Source: Amphiscolops sp. MND2022 (lineage: Eukaryota). From it: a stretch of 64,000 nt of DNA. The notes under the pieces were generated by a model. The model was not told where the DNA came from and ran no database searches. It was given only the letters and a program-made list of their open reading frames with translations. The DNA lies in NCBI GenBank assembly GCA_964187785.1, contig OZ076409.1:86988001-87052000 (forward strand), written 5' to 3'. Shown here piece by piece: positions 47,301-59,809 of this stretch. The stretch's first letter is position 1. Each line of letters opens with the position of its first letter. The position numbers and the translations under genes were made by a program.

Positions 47301-48465
47301 GTTACATGGAAATTTGCCAATTTGTGTACTGTCTTCTGTCACGAAGTCGTAAACTTGGGTCGTTGCCGAGTCTGAATTCGTGGCAGGATTACATGGACCT
47401 ACAGAAATTGGACGGATTCGAAAATGTTGCTTCCTGTGATTTCCTTCATAACCATGATTTTGGTGCTGTGTTGCGTAGTCACAAAGGAGGAGAGTTTCGC
47501 GTCTTCCAGGATCTTTGTCCTAAATTTATTGATCGCCTAGTTATCGCCATTTTGGGTCAGCAGCCCGTTACTGGAGAGCTTCCTCGGGGCGTTTAGTGTT
47601 TCTGTCCTGAATTGTTACTCGAAGGGGACGATCAACATATGCTAGTATTGTTCCAGACATTGATTCGAGTATTGGAGCGGAGTGGAGTTGTCTCTTCGCG
47701 AGAGTCGAAAGCAGCCGTGGAGGAGTATTCAACCTTCGTTGTGGATGCCCGGTCCCGGCATGCGAATAGTGGAGTCAGTGCTGAGTCAATCGGTGACGTA
47801 AGGCATTATCTTTTGTCCGACTACTGCTTTCTGGCGCGCAAGTCATTGTGTCGCGTGTTCAAACTATGTTGTGTGGCAGTATTGAGGCCTCGCATTGATT
47901 TCCCTGCTGTGGAGATTGATCTCAGCGATTGTGCTGTTCCGTCTCACGTGGTTGCATCCTGTGTGCAAGGTGTTCAAAGTTGCGTTGTGTCATCTGAGTT
48001 TAGGTTGAAGTCCTTCTTTACCCAGTTTACGATGAATGAAGTGCGGAAAGCAATTGCTACTGCCAGTACTTTTATGTCGTCTGGTGGGTTTGATCCATGG
48101 GACGGTTTATGTGGGGTGAATCAATCTGCTTCGTCAATCGATATCGTCGTCTGTTTGATGAACGAGTGAGTCGGAAAAGGAGTCTCAGTGATGGTCAACC
48201 CTATGGCGAGAGTGGTGGTGATTGCGAAGGTTCCTCCTTGATTGAAAGTCCAGCTGCTTCTGTTATTTCTGCCCCACCTGTCCCTTCGTCTAGTGGATCC
48301 AGTTCCTTTCGATTCAGCAAGACCAGGGTGTATGGGAGTGTTGCCTCTTTGTTGGGACGTGAAAAAGGTGCTGTTGATCCTGATGCAGTCGATGTGAAGA
48401 AGTCTAAGAAGAAGTCAAAGCAATCTGCGGGTAAAGGAGCTACGTCTGGCTCGAAGAAGGAATGA
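44391..48465 (+). CDS. Antisense 7-exon gene inside the Gypsy element; zinc-finger protein resembling an inactive hAT transposase (one stop and one frameshift in this copy)
   Basis: Exons 44391-44517, 44650-45030, 45186-45416, 45593-46179, 46311-46931, 47028-47109 and 47247-48465; six GT-AG introns of 96-176 nt with matching phases; CMIC...RHFFGKRH finger; in-frame TAG at 47594 and a frameshift near 48125. Confidence 0.8.
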
Positions 48466-48684
48466 CTTCAGTTTTGTTGCAGTAAACTCGGATTTCATTA
48501 GTTGTTGTGTTGATATCTTTTGTTTATTTTCTTTGTAGCTTTATGATGTGCCAAATGAAATCGTAGACTGCAGGAGTTGTATATAAAAAAAGAAAAAAAA
48601 GGACGTTTATTCAGGCTGTAGTATGCTTGTAAATTGGAAAATTGTCAGTCCGGTTCGGGCTGGACTCCAGATATGATCTTTCTT

Positions 48685-51600
48685 TTAGTGAGTCGTAGTC
48701 ATAGCGTCAAGTCGTCTGAAGTCAGGATTAGCATTAGGCTTAGGATTAGGTCTCAAGTTGTACTTTGCTGTTTGTCTCGGGTTATATCCGACGACTGTAG
48801 GCGGCGTTCTTGGGGGAATGGGTGGGCTTTCAAGGGGTGGGGGACGGCGTATGTATGGGTTATCTCCCACGTCCGTAGTAAGATTTGAAAAATCCGGGGA
48901 CGGCGGTGCCTCGTCATTTGTATCTTCGCTGTTATTATTTGACGCTTGTGGCGTTGTGTTGCCGTCGTTTGCATTTGTCACTTCTCGTATTTCTACGTGA
49001 TGATTGTTTCTTGTGCTTTCCGATGTTTCGTGTTCATCAATCTGCTTTCCAAAATCCATTTCCCATGATACCGCATACCATTCATTGTGTGAGACTTTAA
49101 CTTCTGGGTCGGGAAGGTAGTCGTTGGCTCGTACTGTGACGTCGGGCAAGCGTTGTTCTGGCACGTAAGGTCGTATGCGAATTCTGTGTAGTGTTTGTGT
49201 ATATCTTGTGCCAATTTTTCGTATTGTGTAGTTGTTGTTTGAAAGCACTTTGATTACTACATACGGTCCTGTCCAGATGCAATCTTGAAACGCAAACTTT
49301 GTCGATTGATTGTCGGCTTTCGGGTTAAGTATATAGCAGTAGTCGTTGATTTTTAATGGAGCCGCGGTTGCTTTGCGGTCGTAGTATTTTTTGTATTTGA
49401 GATAGGACAGCATGATGTTGTCCTTTGCCGTCGCTCGCACTTCGTCAATTTGTTTTTGGAGTTGTTCTGCTACATCTGAATGGGGGGTGCTTTTCCACTT
49501 TGGCTTGATGCCCAGTTTTAAATCGAGAACGTTGTAAGGTATACGTCCGTGAAATACTGTAGATGGTTCGCAGCCCAGGGTTTCATGGTATGTTGTATTG
49601 TAATTCATCACTGCGATTTGGACATATTTGTGCCACATTGAGCGTCGTTCGCCCGTTGATATTTTTAGGGCGGTTTTGATTGAAGCGTGCGTTCTTTCCA
49701 GAATTCCGATTGTTTGTGCATGCTTCGTAGATGCGTGGCTGATTTGAATTTCAAGTATCTGGGTTATTTCTGCGACGGATTCTGATCGGAATTGTGAGCC
49801 TTTGTCTGATAAGATTAATGTTGGCAAGTATGCGTGTCTTGTCATGACGTCGACAATACATCGTCCTATTGTTTTTGCTGTGCTATTCTGCGTTGGATAT
49901 GCAAATAGGTAACGTGAAAAAACATCAATCATCGTGACGATGTTTTGGTATCCCGCGGAGTTTGGTAAGTTCGGCAATATGTCAATTTCTAGGATATCTT
50001 CTGGGCCTAGGACGTGTTCCGTATTGTTGATCATCTTTGGTCGGATTTGGCTGTTGTTGATTCGTTTGTATTTGATGCATTCTTCGCATTGCATTACCCA
50101 CTGTCTGATCTTCTTTGCAAATCCTGGGTAGTAGTATTTTGATCGGCATTCTTGGATCATTTTTGTGATTCCTGGATGCTTTCCCTTTTGTCCATGAATT
50201 TCTTTCAATAGTTCTGTGATTAAATGTTCGGGGATTAAAATTTGATGGTGAGTGACTTGGCCACATTCCCCGTAATATTTGCGCATTAGTACTCCATCTT
50301 TCACTATTAGTCTGTTCTCGTGGATTGGGAGGCGCTTGGCTGTCGGATCGGTCTGTAGAAGGTGTTTGTCGTATTCTTCACATATCAATTTCTTTTTGAT
50401 TGCTTTGAAAACCAAATTCGAGTCTTGCTCAACTCTAATACGTGCGTCTTCCTTTATTGCCCCAAAGGTATAAGATGCCTTATTTATTGGGATTGGGGTG
50501 GTTTCTTTGATAGCTATTTTGATTTTGGTCGTCTCTTCGTCGCGTGCATTTTGTCTAGCTTGTTGTTTCTGCAATAGGATTTCTTCTTCCGTTTCAATTG
50601 TTTCATCCGGAAGGAAGCAAAGTTGTTCCTCATCCGCGACGTCCGTTGATTGGAGATTCACTTGGATGGGCCTGATTGTAATATCCTCTCTGATTTTTAG
50701 TTCAACTCTTTCTTTGGGATTGAGATCAATTCTTGACAGAAAATCGGCTGCCGTGTTTTGCGTACCCGCGACGTGCATTATGTGGAAGTTGAATTGTAGT
50801 ACATAATCACATGCATTCCACAGAGTGGGCGGGATTGCTTTTGTTTGGAAGAAACGCGTTACCGATCTGTTGTCGGTCATCACAAGAGTTGGTAGGGTTG
50901 TTTCCCATAGAATATGGCTGTATTCAAGGAAGGCGTGATAGATTGCTAGAAATTCCTTGCAGTAAATTGACATTTTGATTTGAGCCGGGGAGAACACCTT
51001 TGATCCGAATGCGACTGGTGCAAATGTCTTCTTTTTTGAATTGAGTTTTTTGTCGTTGTCTTCCTCAATCATTAGTGCGTAGCCAGAGGCTCGGAAGCTG
51101 GCGTCCGTCATCAGGACATACTGTCGTCCTGTGATTGGTTGTTTGAGTGCCAAACCGCAAGCTTGCGCCAGTGCTGCGTTGATGGCTTTGTAATGGTCGA
51201 GTAGTTCTTCTGTGATTTTGATTTGCTTGTCTGCTTTCAGTAGTTCATAGAATCTGAGCAATTTCTCAGACAGTCTCGGGATGTAGTTGCGATAATAATT
51301 GACAAAACCGATGTATCTTTGTACTTGTTTCTTGGATTTTGGGAATCTTACATTTGCTAAGAATTTTTGAATTTTATGATCCTGCGGGGCGATTCCTTGT
51401 GGTGTGATCGTTCTTCCAAGGAATTCGACTTCAGTTACTCCGAAATGGCATTTTTCGATGGTTAGCTTGAGTCCCGCTCTTCGGATGCATTCAAAAACTG
51501 CTCGAATGTTGCGTATCAGTTGTGTCACAGAGTTGGCCGCAATTCCGATGTCGTCCACGTACTGCGCGCATTGGTCGGCCTTGATTACTTTATCCAAGTA

Positions 51601-53627
51601 TTCTCGCATGAAGCTTGAAAATGCCGACAGGGCTCTGCTCAGTCCTTGTGCTAGGCGTTTGTAGGCGAACGTTCTGCTTGCAAAGTTGAAGGCTAGCATT
51701 TCGATTGATCGTTGGTCTGCCATCTGTAGGCAATGATATGCCTGTGAGCAGTCTAGTTTGCAAAACAATTTTTTCCCAGCTAGCTGTTGAGCTGCATCTG
51801 ACAGGGTGCTGACTGGGTGGATATTGTTGATGTAATCGTCTGAGATTAATGCGTTTATTTTTCGTAGATCGACGAGTAGTCGCAACTTGCCATTCGGTTT
51901 GCGTTGTGCGAAGATTGGGCTTGCATATTTTGAGAATGGTAGGGTCGTTATTATGCCGTACCTATGCATTAGTGCTAATTCAACTGTTAGATCTTCTTTC
52001 AGGTTGATTGGTACCGGCAGGCTTTGCGTGTAAATTGGGCGCTCGTCTTTTGGAGTTAATTTGACTTTGAAGCTATTGTTGATTCCAATATCAAGGCGAT
52101 GGCGGGCAAAGATATCGTTGTATTCGACTATTGTTTGCTCGAGTTGCTTCCTGTCGTTGCCTTCGATTTGAGAACCTTCCCACTGAAACATGTCAAGGAA
52201 CTTTTGTCTTGAATCCTGGTCTTTGGTTGGGTCTAAGTTTTCCTTTTGGATGAGTTCACGGATTTCCTTCAAGATCCGACGTTGGATTGGCGTATGTTCT
52301 TCTTCGTTCCCTGGATTCTCGGGTGTGGGGAACCAGAGGTTTTCATCGCTTTGTTCATGTTCATTTGATTTCATAAGTTCGTTGATGTACATGTGTGTGT
52401 CATCAGGGTCTTCTAACAATTTGAGTGCGGCGGCGTCAACTGGTCGTATTTGTTTCGTGTCCTCAGGTTTGAGGATTTGTAGTTCTGCCAGCTTTGTATG
52501 ATTCTTTATTGTATGTGGGAAATCCGTTAGGTTGGCGATTCTGATGTTGAGCCTTTTGTTATGGGCTGTCGCCAGAGCTGGTGCAACAATGATTGTTGCT
52601 GTTTCATCAAATTGTGGTAGTGGTTGTACCGCACCGGTGACGTCATTCGCGTTTGTGGTTATGACTATTGCGTTTACTGTTGTTGTCTGTTGAGGCGGCA
52701 GTGTCTGATGTCCTTCTGCCATTATTTGAAGCGGTTTTGGGTTGCATTTTTTCATTTCGTCTGTCATGGCTAACGTCATTTCGACGTGCGGGAAATTGAT
52801 CGTCCCGTTGGCAGTGTCGATCACTGCTTGGTGATTTCTCATGAAGTTTAATCCTATGATGGGAAATGACGTTTTCGATAGGATGACGAAGGTATCCGTG
52901 AAGGTATATGTTCCGATGTTGAACTGGATGTCCGCTGTTGCTATTGGTTGCTCTAGTTGTGCGTTTGCGCATTCGATTTTGAAGGGAGGTTGAGGGTATT
53001 TTTTTATGACACAACTATCACTGTTCATCTTGATTGCGTTGTAGTCTGACCAGGACATGGCATTGATGAACGCACCTGAGTCGACAAGTCCATCCATTGT
53101 TATTTCACCGAATTCTAGTGGCAAGTACAGCATTCTCCTTCTGCTCTTGAGGACTATAGTGGAGTGGAGAGGTATATATGTTTCTCCATCCTTTTCGGCT
53201 ACGTACTCCTTGATTGAGTTGAGTGATGTGGGGAAATCGTCTGGGGACAGAAATGTCTTGGTGGAGTCGTGATTATCTCCTTCATTTTGTTGTGACGATA
53301 GGCGGTCGTCGGAGGCACTTTCATTTTGTTCTACCTGGTTTGTAGCGGAGAGTTCTCTGTTGATGGGGGGTAAGTTGGTAGGACGATTTGCTTGTTGTTT
53401 AGGATTGTCCCTGTAGTCTTTATCGTGAGTGTAGGTTTCTGCTTGTTCAGTTTGTGGATATGGCCTTTTTATAGAAGCGAGTGCTTGTCGTCTTAGCCAG
53501 TCTTCAGTTGGTGTGCCATTGCATTCAATCGTTGTGTTGTTAACGTATGTGGTGGGGGGATCCTCGGTTGAATACGCCCTCGCGTCTACTTTTTCCCCAA
53601 AACGCAGGCGCGGCGTAATTAGTTTTT
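48685..53627 (-). CDS. pol: Gypsy pol (PR, RT, RNase H, IN), reached by a -1 frameshift
   Basis: LVDSGA protease, YVDD reverse transcriptase, TDAS RNase H, H..H..CEEC and D-D-E integrase in Gypsy order; uninterrupted ORF. Confidence 0.97.
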
Positions 53628-53628
53628 T
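53573..53628 (-). other. -1 ribosomal frameshift signal
   Basis: Heptamer A AAA AAC (53628-53622) just before the gag TAA, followed by a hairpin closed by TACGCC/GGCGTA; the -1 frame is pol (KKLITPRL). Confidence 0.8.
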
Positions 53629-55058
53629 GGTTCGGTGGCGAAGTCGGTTGTTGTCAGCTGGTCTGGGGTGTCCCTTTTTTGTTCCTGTGTAGTGCGGTGC
53701 TTGGGACGGGGATCGTTGGCAGCATTGGCTCCATTCCAACAATTTTCTGTTTTGTGGGGTTTGCCGCACGTGTCGCATTTAAGTGATTTGCCTGCACTGT
53801 TGTTGGTTTGTCCATTGTTTCTCTTGGTTTGCATCCATTTATCTCTTTTCATTTTCCTACACTCCGCTTTGTAGTGTCCGAATTTGTTGCAGTAAAAGCA
53901 ATACCCTTTCTTGGTGTTTTGCGTCGTGTTGTCGGCCTGTTTGGACTCAGTGTTAGGTGGGGCTGGTTCTACTTTGTTTAGTGGTACCAGGTTTACTTCA
54001 TCTGGCGCCCCGTGGCCGTTAAGTCTCATTTCCCTTTCTAGATGCAGTACGATGTCGTTGTAGGGTTTGTCTTCAAGGTACGCTCTATTTAATATTTTCT
54101 TTACATGGTCTGGCATTTTTGCATAGATCGCCTTATCAATAAATTGTTGGGCTTCAGAGCCGAAGGCTTCTTTGGCGGTTTTTTGAAGTACATCCAGAAA
54201 TTCGTGGAGTTTCTGGTTCGAGGGATCGAATTTGAGCTCATCCCATTCGCATCTTGCCTTGGCCATGGACAAATAATCTCCGAAACGTCGTTTGAAAATC
54301 GTCATGATCTCATCAAGGGATCCTTTTTTCGTATCTTCGATATTACAAAATGCTTGTAAAGCATCTCCCCTGAGGAGGGAGTGGAAGTAGTTTATTTTTT
54401 GGATTTCCGTAAGGTGTGGGTACATTTTGATATTATTGCGAAAAAGGTCTTCGAAAAGCTCGAATTTTTCCGACTTCCCATCGAAGGTCGGGAGTGACGC
54501 CGTGAGTGCTTTTGGCATGGGCAGAGTAGTGCTATCGTTTTTATCTGTTGCAAATAAAGTCCTTGCCACTACTGGACGTTCTTTTGACGGCGGTTGGCTC
54601 TGAGACCTGGCCTTTGTTCTTTTTGGCTGGTTGGTGGAATCGGTTAGGACTCCTGTCACCATGTTACGACATGCTATCGGGTCGTTTTGGGTAGAACTTA
54701 TCCTCACTGATTTTGTAGGAGTATAGAAACTTCTAGTTTCCTCCTCTACCTCTTCCTCAGTATTCTCCCTGATACTTCCCCTTGTTTCAGGTTTCAAGAG
54801 TTTCAACATTTCCTTCTGAGATTCGACAAGAAGATTCTTGATCTCTGACGTTATTTCCTCCTTTAAGGAAGCCCTCAAGCTTTCAAAGAGACTATTCTCA
54901 ATCCGGGGGGATTTTGGTTTAGAAGGCCCCGCTACCTCATCGTCCTGATTCAAAGAACAAGGATTCCCTACTACTATGGGTGAAATCAAGCCTTCACTTA
55001 CGTTCTCACTGGTGTTTTGCTGATCGTTCCTTCTTTTTAGGCTTCTTGTTATTGACAT
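53619..55058 (-). CDS. gag: Gypsy gag (479 aa from ATG 55058), starting inside the 5' LTR
   Basis: LPTFDG and LRGDA capsid motifs; knuckles CFYCNKFGHYKAEC and CDTCGKPHKTENC; TATAAAT about 145 nt upstream. Confidence 0.93.
   Translation of the reverse strand: MSITRSLKRRNDQQNTSENVSEGLISPIVVGNPCSLNQDDEVAGPSKPKSPRIENSLFESLRASLKEEITSEIKNLLVESQKEMLKLLKPETRGSIRENTEEEVEEETRSFYTPTKSVRISSTQNDPIACRNMVTGVLTDSTNQPKRTKARSQSQPPSKERPVVARTLFATDKNDSTTLPMPKALTASLPTFDGKSEKFELFEDLFRNNIKMYPHLTEIQKINYFHSLLRGDALQAFCNIEDTKKGSLDEIMTIFKRRFGDYLSMAKARCEWDELKFDPSNQKLHEFLDVLQKTAKEAFGSEAQQFIDKAIYAKMPDHVKKILNRAYLEDKPYNDIVLHLEREMRLNGHGAPDEVNLVPLNKVEPAPPNTESKQADNTTQNTKKGYCFYCNKFGHYKAECRKMKRDKWMQTKRNNGQTNNSAGKSLKCDTCGKPHKTENCWNGANAANDPRPKHRTTQEQKRDTPDQLTTTDFATEPKN
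54649..54661 (-). promoter_or_regulatory. Primer-binding site TGGTGACAGGAGT (probably tRNA-Leu)
   Basis: Starts with TGG directly after the LTR CA; identical at 21682; resembles the tRNA-Leu PBS TGGTGTCAGGAGT. Confidence 0.75.
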
Positions 55059-57039
55059 TTTGTAGAAAAGTATGAACTTGAAGAATTGAATTTCTTTCAA
55101 AGATTTTTCTGACAAAGTAGAACAAGGCAAGAGTGAAATTGAAAATTCAACTGAATTGTACAATTGCAAAAGACTGAGTCCCTTAATCATCAAATCCTAT
55201 CATATTTATACCCTCCCAGCATCATTTGATCACGTTTACAATCCCTAATTTCCTTCGAACAATTAGTCATTTCCTGTTTTATTGCTGAAAATATCACGAA
55301 GTTCCCAAATTTGCGCTGACATTTCGTCGATTTTTAAGACACGACAACTTTAAACTAGTATTAGTCATCAAACATGATCATATCATTTCATCCCGGCGTC
55401 CTTTTGCTTCCTCCCAAGCAGGAAGTAGATATTACTTCAGTCTGTCAAACCGGAAATGCTTCCCTGTTTTACTGCTTTGGTTCGCGGGAAATTGACGCTG
55501 AGATGACGCTGACGTGAACAACAAATACCTGATTTTGAATTTCGCTGTGATAAAAATGCTATGACTAATTCCAAAATAGGAATATTTGAACGATGCTAAG
55601 ACGATATTTTATGAATTTGGATTCAATCTTTTGCTAGAGATGGGAATGAAATCATGATATGAAAATAATACTTTGTTAGCAACTTTGTCATGTCGTGTCA
55701 AACACGACAAGATTTACAAAATTAACAACAACGTTTGTTAAATAACAACACCAACACAACGTAAATAACTGGACAGCAACGGATGTACTAATATAGAAAA
55801 ACATGATCACAATCACAAGTACAGCGTTCAATGTTGTAGAGTACAAAAATGCAAAATATATGAAAAATACATTTCTGGTACACAATATGCTTTTAGTTGG
55901 AGAGAATAAACTGTGACTTCCTAATTAATCTACTGTGAGATCTTGTAATAAGATGGTTTATACGCGGAAATTCCTTCATCGTTAAGAGTACATGATTGTT
56001 ACTTAACGTGGGGTTGAAATTATCCTATATGTGCCAAAACGCATTCTAAATTGGGACCTTAAACCATGGAAAATCAACAATGTATTCGTTATACAATTTG
56101 CATCAGTCTGCAATTTCCTCTCCTTAAGAAATAACGGCATTTGCGCGATGAAAACTTGACTAAATTCGGCAAATTCATTCACTTTATTCAATTTCATAAA
56201 CTTGTCAACGTCATGTTGACGAGTTTTCTTGGCAGAATTCAAGCTTCATAAACTTGTCAACGTCATGTTGACGAGTTTTCTTGGCAGAATAGAGATTTTG
56301 ACTAGTTTGACGCAATGCTGACGAGTATTTTAGAAATGAATCTCTCGCTAGCTGCCGGTGCAGTGACGTCACAGTGGCGGTAAATTGGAATGATTCCTAG
56401 CAATGTTATTAGTATAGGCGGATAATTGGAATGATTTGCTGGTACGCGTATGCGAGGCAGTGACGTCAATTGGTATGCCTTCAAATTTGTCTGCGTCCTA
56501 CTGACGACAAATATACATGTATTCTTATTTCTTTTGCCGCTTTGTTTACTCAGCGCAGTATTGACGTCCTAAATCACCTTAATTGCTGTTCAAAGAGTAA
56601 TTAAGCTGCCTTTCTAAGAAAAGGGCTTAAACCAATCGGTGTGTCATCTCAGTGTATTTTCTATTTTAGATCTGATTAATGTTCTTTTAGAAGATGATTT
56701 TGACTACGTTTTCATTTAGATTAGACTATGCTTTCTTTGTTTTAGAATGTAATTCAATTTAGTTTCCAGGTGGCGAATGTTGCTATTTTGACGTGACAAA
56801 CGCGTCTTACCGGAAATGCGTGAAATCATTTTGGTTCATTTTGTTCTCTGTTTTCATTTCCAGTTGAAATTTGCGCAGTTTAGTTGTACTTTCGCATTTC
56901 TAGTCACAGTTTATTTCAAGAATAAAGTTTTGGAGTTACCAGTTGAAATAAGATTTGGGGAATCTCAGATTACCTCCGTGTCCTCTCCCGATCTTCAGTC
57001 GTCTGCAACCACAAGCCAGACCGGGAGCGGGCTGTGACA
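54662..57039 (-). repeat. 5' LTR (2378 bp)
   Basis: Direct repeat of 40912-43288; adjacent to the PBS. Confidence 0.97.
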
Positions 57040-57044
57040 TTTAG

Positions 57045-58738
57045 AACCTATAATTGTTCGAATGGTACTGATATGTTCAATCTGTTTGTCTATATGTTAG
57101 CTAGTGTTGTGGAAAAGCATGCACCCGTCAAAAAAATATTTCTCCGAAAAAAGACCCCTAAACTTTTCAGAGAATCCTGGTATGACAGCGATTGCAAAAC
57201 CTTAACCCAGGCACGCCAAGCAGCTTACTACGATTACTGTAATATTATCTCTGCTCAAACCTGGTCTACGTACTCAAAACTTAGAAATCAACTTTCTAAG
57301 GTACTAAAAGAAAAGCAAGAGAAATTTGCCTGGAGCTGTTTTTCCTCTCTGTGCACCGCTAAGGAGAGATGGAATTTCATAAATACCGCTCGAGGGCAAA
57401 ATAAAAAGTCAGTCAATCTTGCAGCAGTGAGAAATTCATTCGGTGAAATGATAGTTGACGACAAGGAAATGACCGATCATTTCAACCTGATACTTTCGAA
57501 CCTTGGTCAATATTTTGGTAATATCAATGATGAAGTTCCATCCTTCCTTCCCGGTGATTCTTCGTTCTCTTTTAGTTCAATCACAGTGAAAGATTGTTAC
57601 GATATCATCAATGAGTTGAAACCGAGCAAACCTACCGGTCCTTTTAAGGTGCCCGCTTGGGCTGTAATGGATGGAAAGCAAATTTTGACTTATCACTTAA
57701 CATTCATATTGAATGAGTTCATTAATGAAAGTGTCTTTCCTACGATGTTAAAGAGAGCGACTATAACCCCCATCTTCAAAAAAGGAGACATTCTAGATCC
57801 CAAAAATTATCGTCCCATTTTGATTACAACAACGTTCTCCAAAATCCTCGAAAAATGTATTCATAGGCAAATTACAGCTTACATTGAAAAAAAATCTCCT
57901 CGCTCCGCTCCAATTTGGTTTTAGGAAAAAAGTATCAGTAGAAGATGCTGCTCTGTTTTTCACCGAATCGGTTCAACAGGAAATTCAGTATGGAGAAATA
58001 GTTCATGCAGTCTTGCTGGATTTATCAAAAGCTTTTGGCTCACTTTCACGTGAAATTCTTTCGTCTAAACTCAAGTCTCTTGGTTTCTCATCTTCGGCCA
58101 TCAGCTTTATAAAAAGTTTCCTCAGTGATAGACTGCAGCAGGTTTCATTGAATGGTGTCAAATTGGACTGGATAGAACTGAAACAAGTTCCCCAGGGCAC
58201 AATTTTAGGACCAGTGCTCTTCAACCTATATGTCAATGACCTGACAGGACCAGGACAGATAACGGAGGATGCTCGCATTATCCAGTACGCCGATGATTGT
58301 TTGCTTTTTTGTAGTCACCAGGACCCTCACATTGCTTTGCAATGTTTGCAAATAAATATTTTAAAACTTGAATGTTACTTTAAGTCCCATCGACTAAATT
58401 TGAATGGCAGTAAAACTGAATTCATAACTTTTTCTCGTAAAACTGACAAGAGGCAGCTAGACTCCGAAACAGTTGTCAAAAAGAAATGTGAATGTAAATA
58501 TCTTGGAATAACGTTAGATCAATACTTGTCTTTCCAAACCCAGGTAAAAAAGGTTCTGAAAAACATGGCAATTGGAATAAAAACTATTGAATTTATACAA
58601 CACAAATTTCCAACCACAGTCTTAGTCGTGCTATTCCACGCGCTAATAATCAGTCATTTCGAAAACTCTGCGATTTTTTTCACTCAAATATCCCCTCCTT
58701 TACTACTTTCCCTTGAGAAACAGATGAACTGGGCATAA
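57045..58738 (+). pseudogene. CR1/L2-type LINE ORF2, RT part, frameshifted near 57890
   Basis: KNYRPI, QFGFR, LDLSKAF, VPQGTILGP, YADD and KYLG motifs. Confidence 0.92.
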
Positions 58739-59809
58739 AAATCTGTCTACTTCCGTTCGAGCATTAAATCGTCGTGTGATCTGAGAGAAAAAAAAAGAAA
58801 ATAATTGCAATAAAGCAACTTATCGATTTACTTATGTAACTCTCTTCAATTCTTTCCTTCATCATTCTTCTTCGAAGTGGAACTCACTACCGTTGTACTT
58901 GAGAGACACTAGTATAAGTCTACACACATTCAAAAGTCGTCTCAGAAAGCATCTAATTTTGGAAAGTAGTCGTATGTCTATCCATACATCTCATACTTGG
59001 CGTGATTTCCGCTTCACCTGATTTATCGCCCTGTAAAACTTGAAAAAATCATTTATGCTTCAGCATAAATCAATCTACACTTATTGTAAACTGGCATCAG
59101 CTATCCCTTTACAATAATACAATATTTTCTCTCTCTCTCATCAGGGTGATTGTATAAGTCGTCCTTGTAGTAATAGCTCATTTTATCTAGCTTTGCTTTA
59201 ACGATAAGAGATTGTAGTTGTTTTAGTTGCATCGGAGTTTAATGTTGAAAACCAATGTACGTTTAAGAATATTTTTGATGCTGGCAAGTTGCAGTCGTGG
59301 TTATCCAAAGGATTGTGTTTTAGGGAGTTACAAACAAGTATCAATGCAATACTGTTTTCCGCTCCCTGTTACGTGACTGTACCAACCAATACTTCAATAC
59401 TAGAGCATTTCTTGGTGTGAATTGGCGCAATTAGGGTATTACTATTTTGAGGTGGATTATATGACTCCACATTCACGTCGTTATGGTAACTGCATCTATG
59501 AAGTTATGTTTGAAAAACTTGTGAAGATTAATCAGCACTAAACACTGTAATCATTAGGTATTGAATATACTACTGCACGACCAATGGATTATGTGATAAT
59601 GTCTAACTGGAAAGTTCAATCAGATATCCTGCATTAACGACGAAAGTAATGATGAAGACCACAAAACAACTGTTTTGCTGCAGGTTAAATAATGTAATGA
59701 TGAAAAATGAATGATTTGATGACTGGCTATTCTAGTCATATTTGAAATGTTGGTTTACAAAGACATGTTTAGCAACTAGTTGAATGAGGGGTTTGTAGTG
59801 ATCCCAGGT

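Larger units (their letters stand above)
40912..57039 (-). mobile_element. Full-length young Gypsy LTR retrotransposon (16.1 kb) with accessory genes
   Basis: LTRs 40912-43288 and 54662-57039 (about 15 substitutions and 1 indel by eye), TG...CA termini, perfect TTTAG TSD; intact gag and pol. Removing the element restores the LINE frame (IPWF-RTYN). Confidence 0.98.

Noticed and set aside
43185..48465. env gene in the 3' region of the large Gypsy element
   Set aside because: The long gene is antisense and spliced; neither product shows a signal peptide, furin/fusion segment or transmembrane anchor.
44391..48465. Independent hAT DNA transposon nested in the Gypsy element
   Set aside because: No TIRs or 8-bp TSD found by eye, the catalytic Asp is not evident, and a homologue occupies the same position in another Gypsy remnant.
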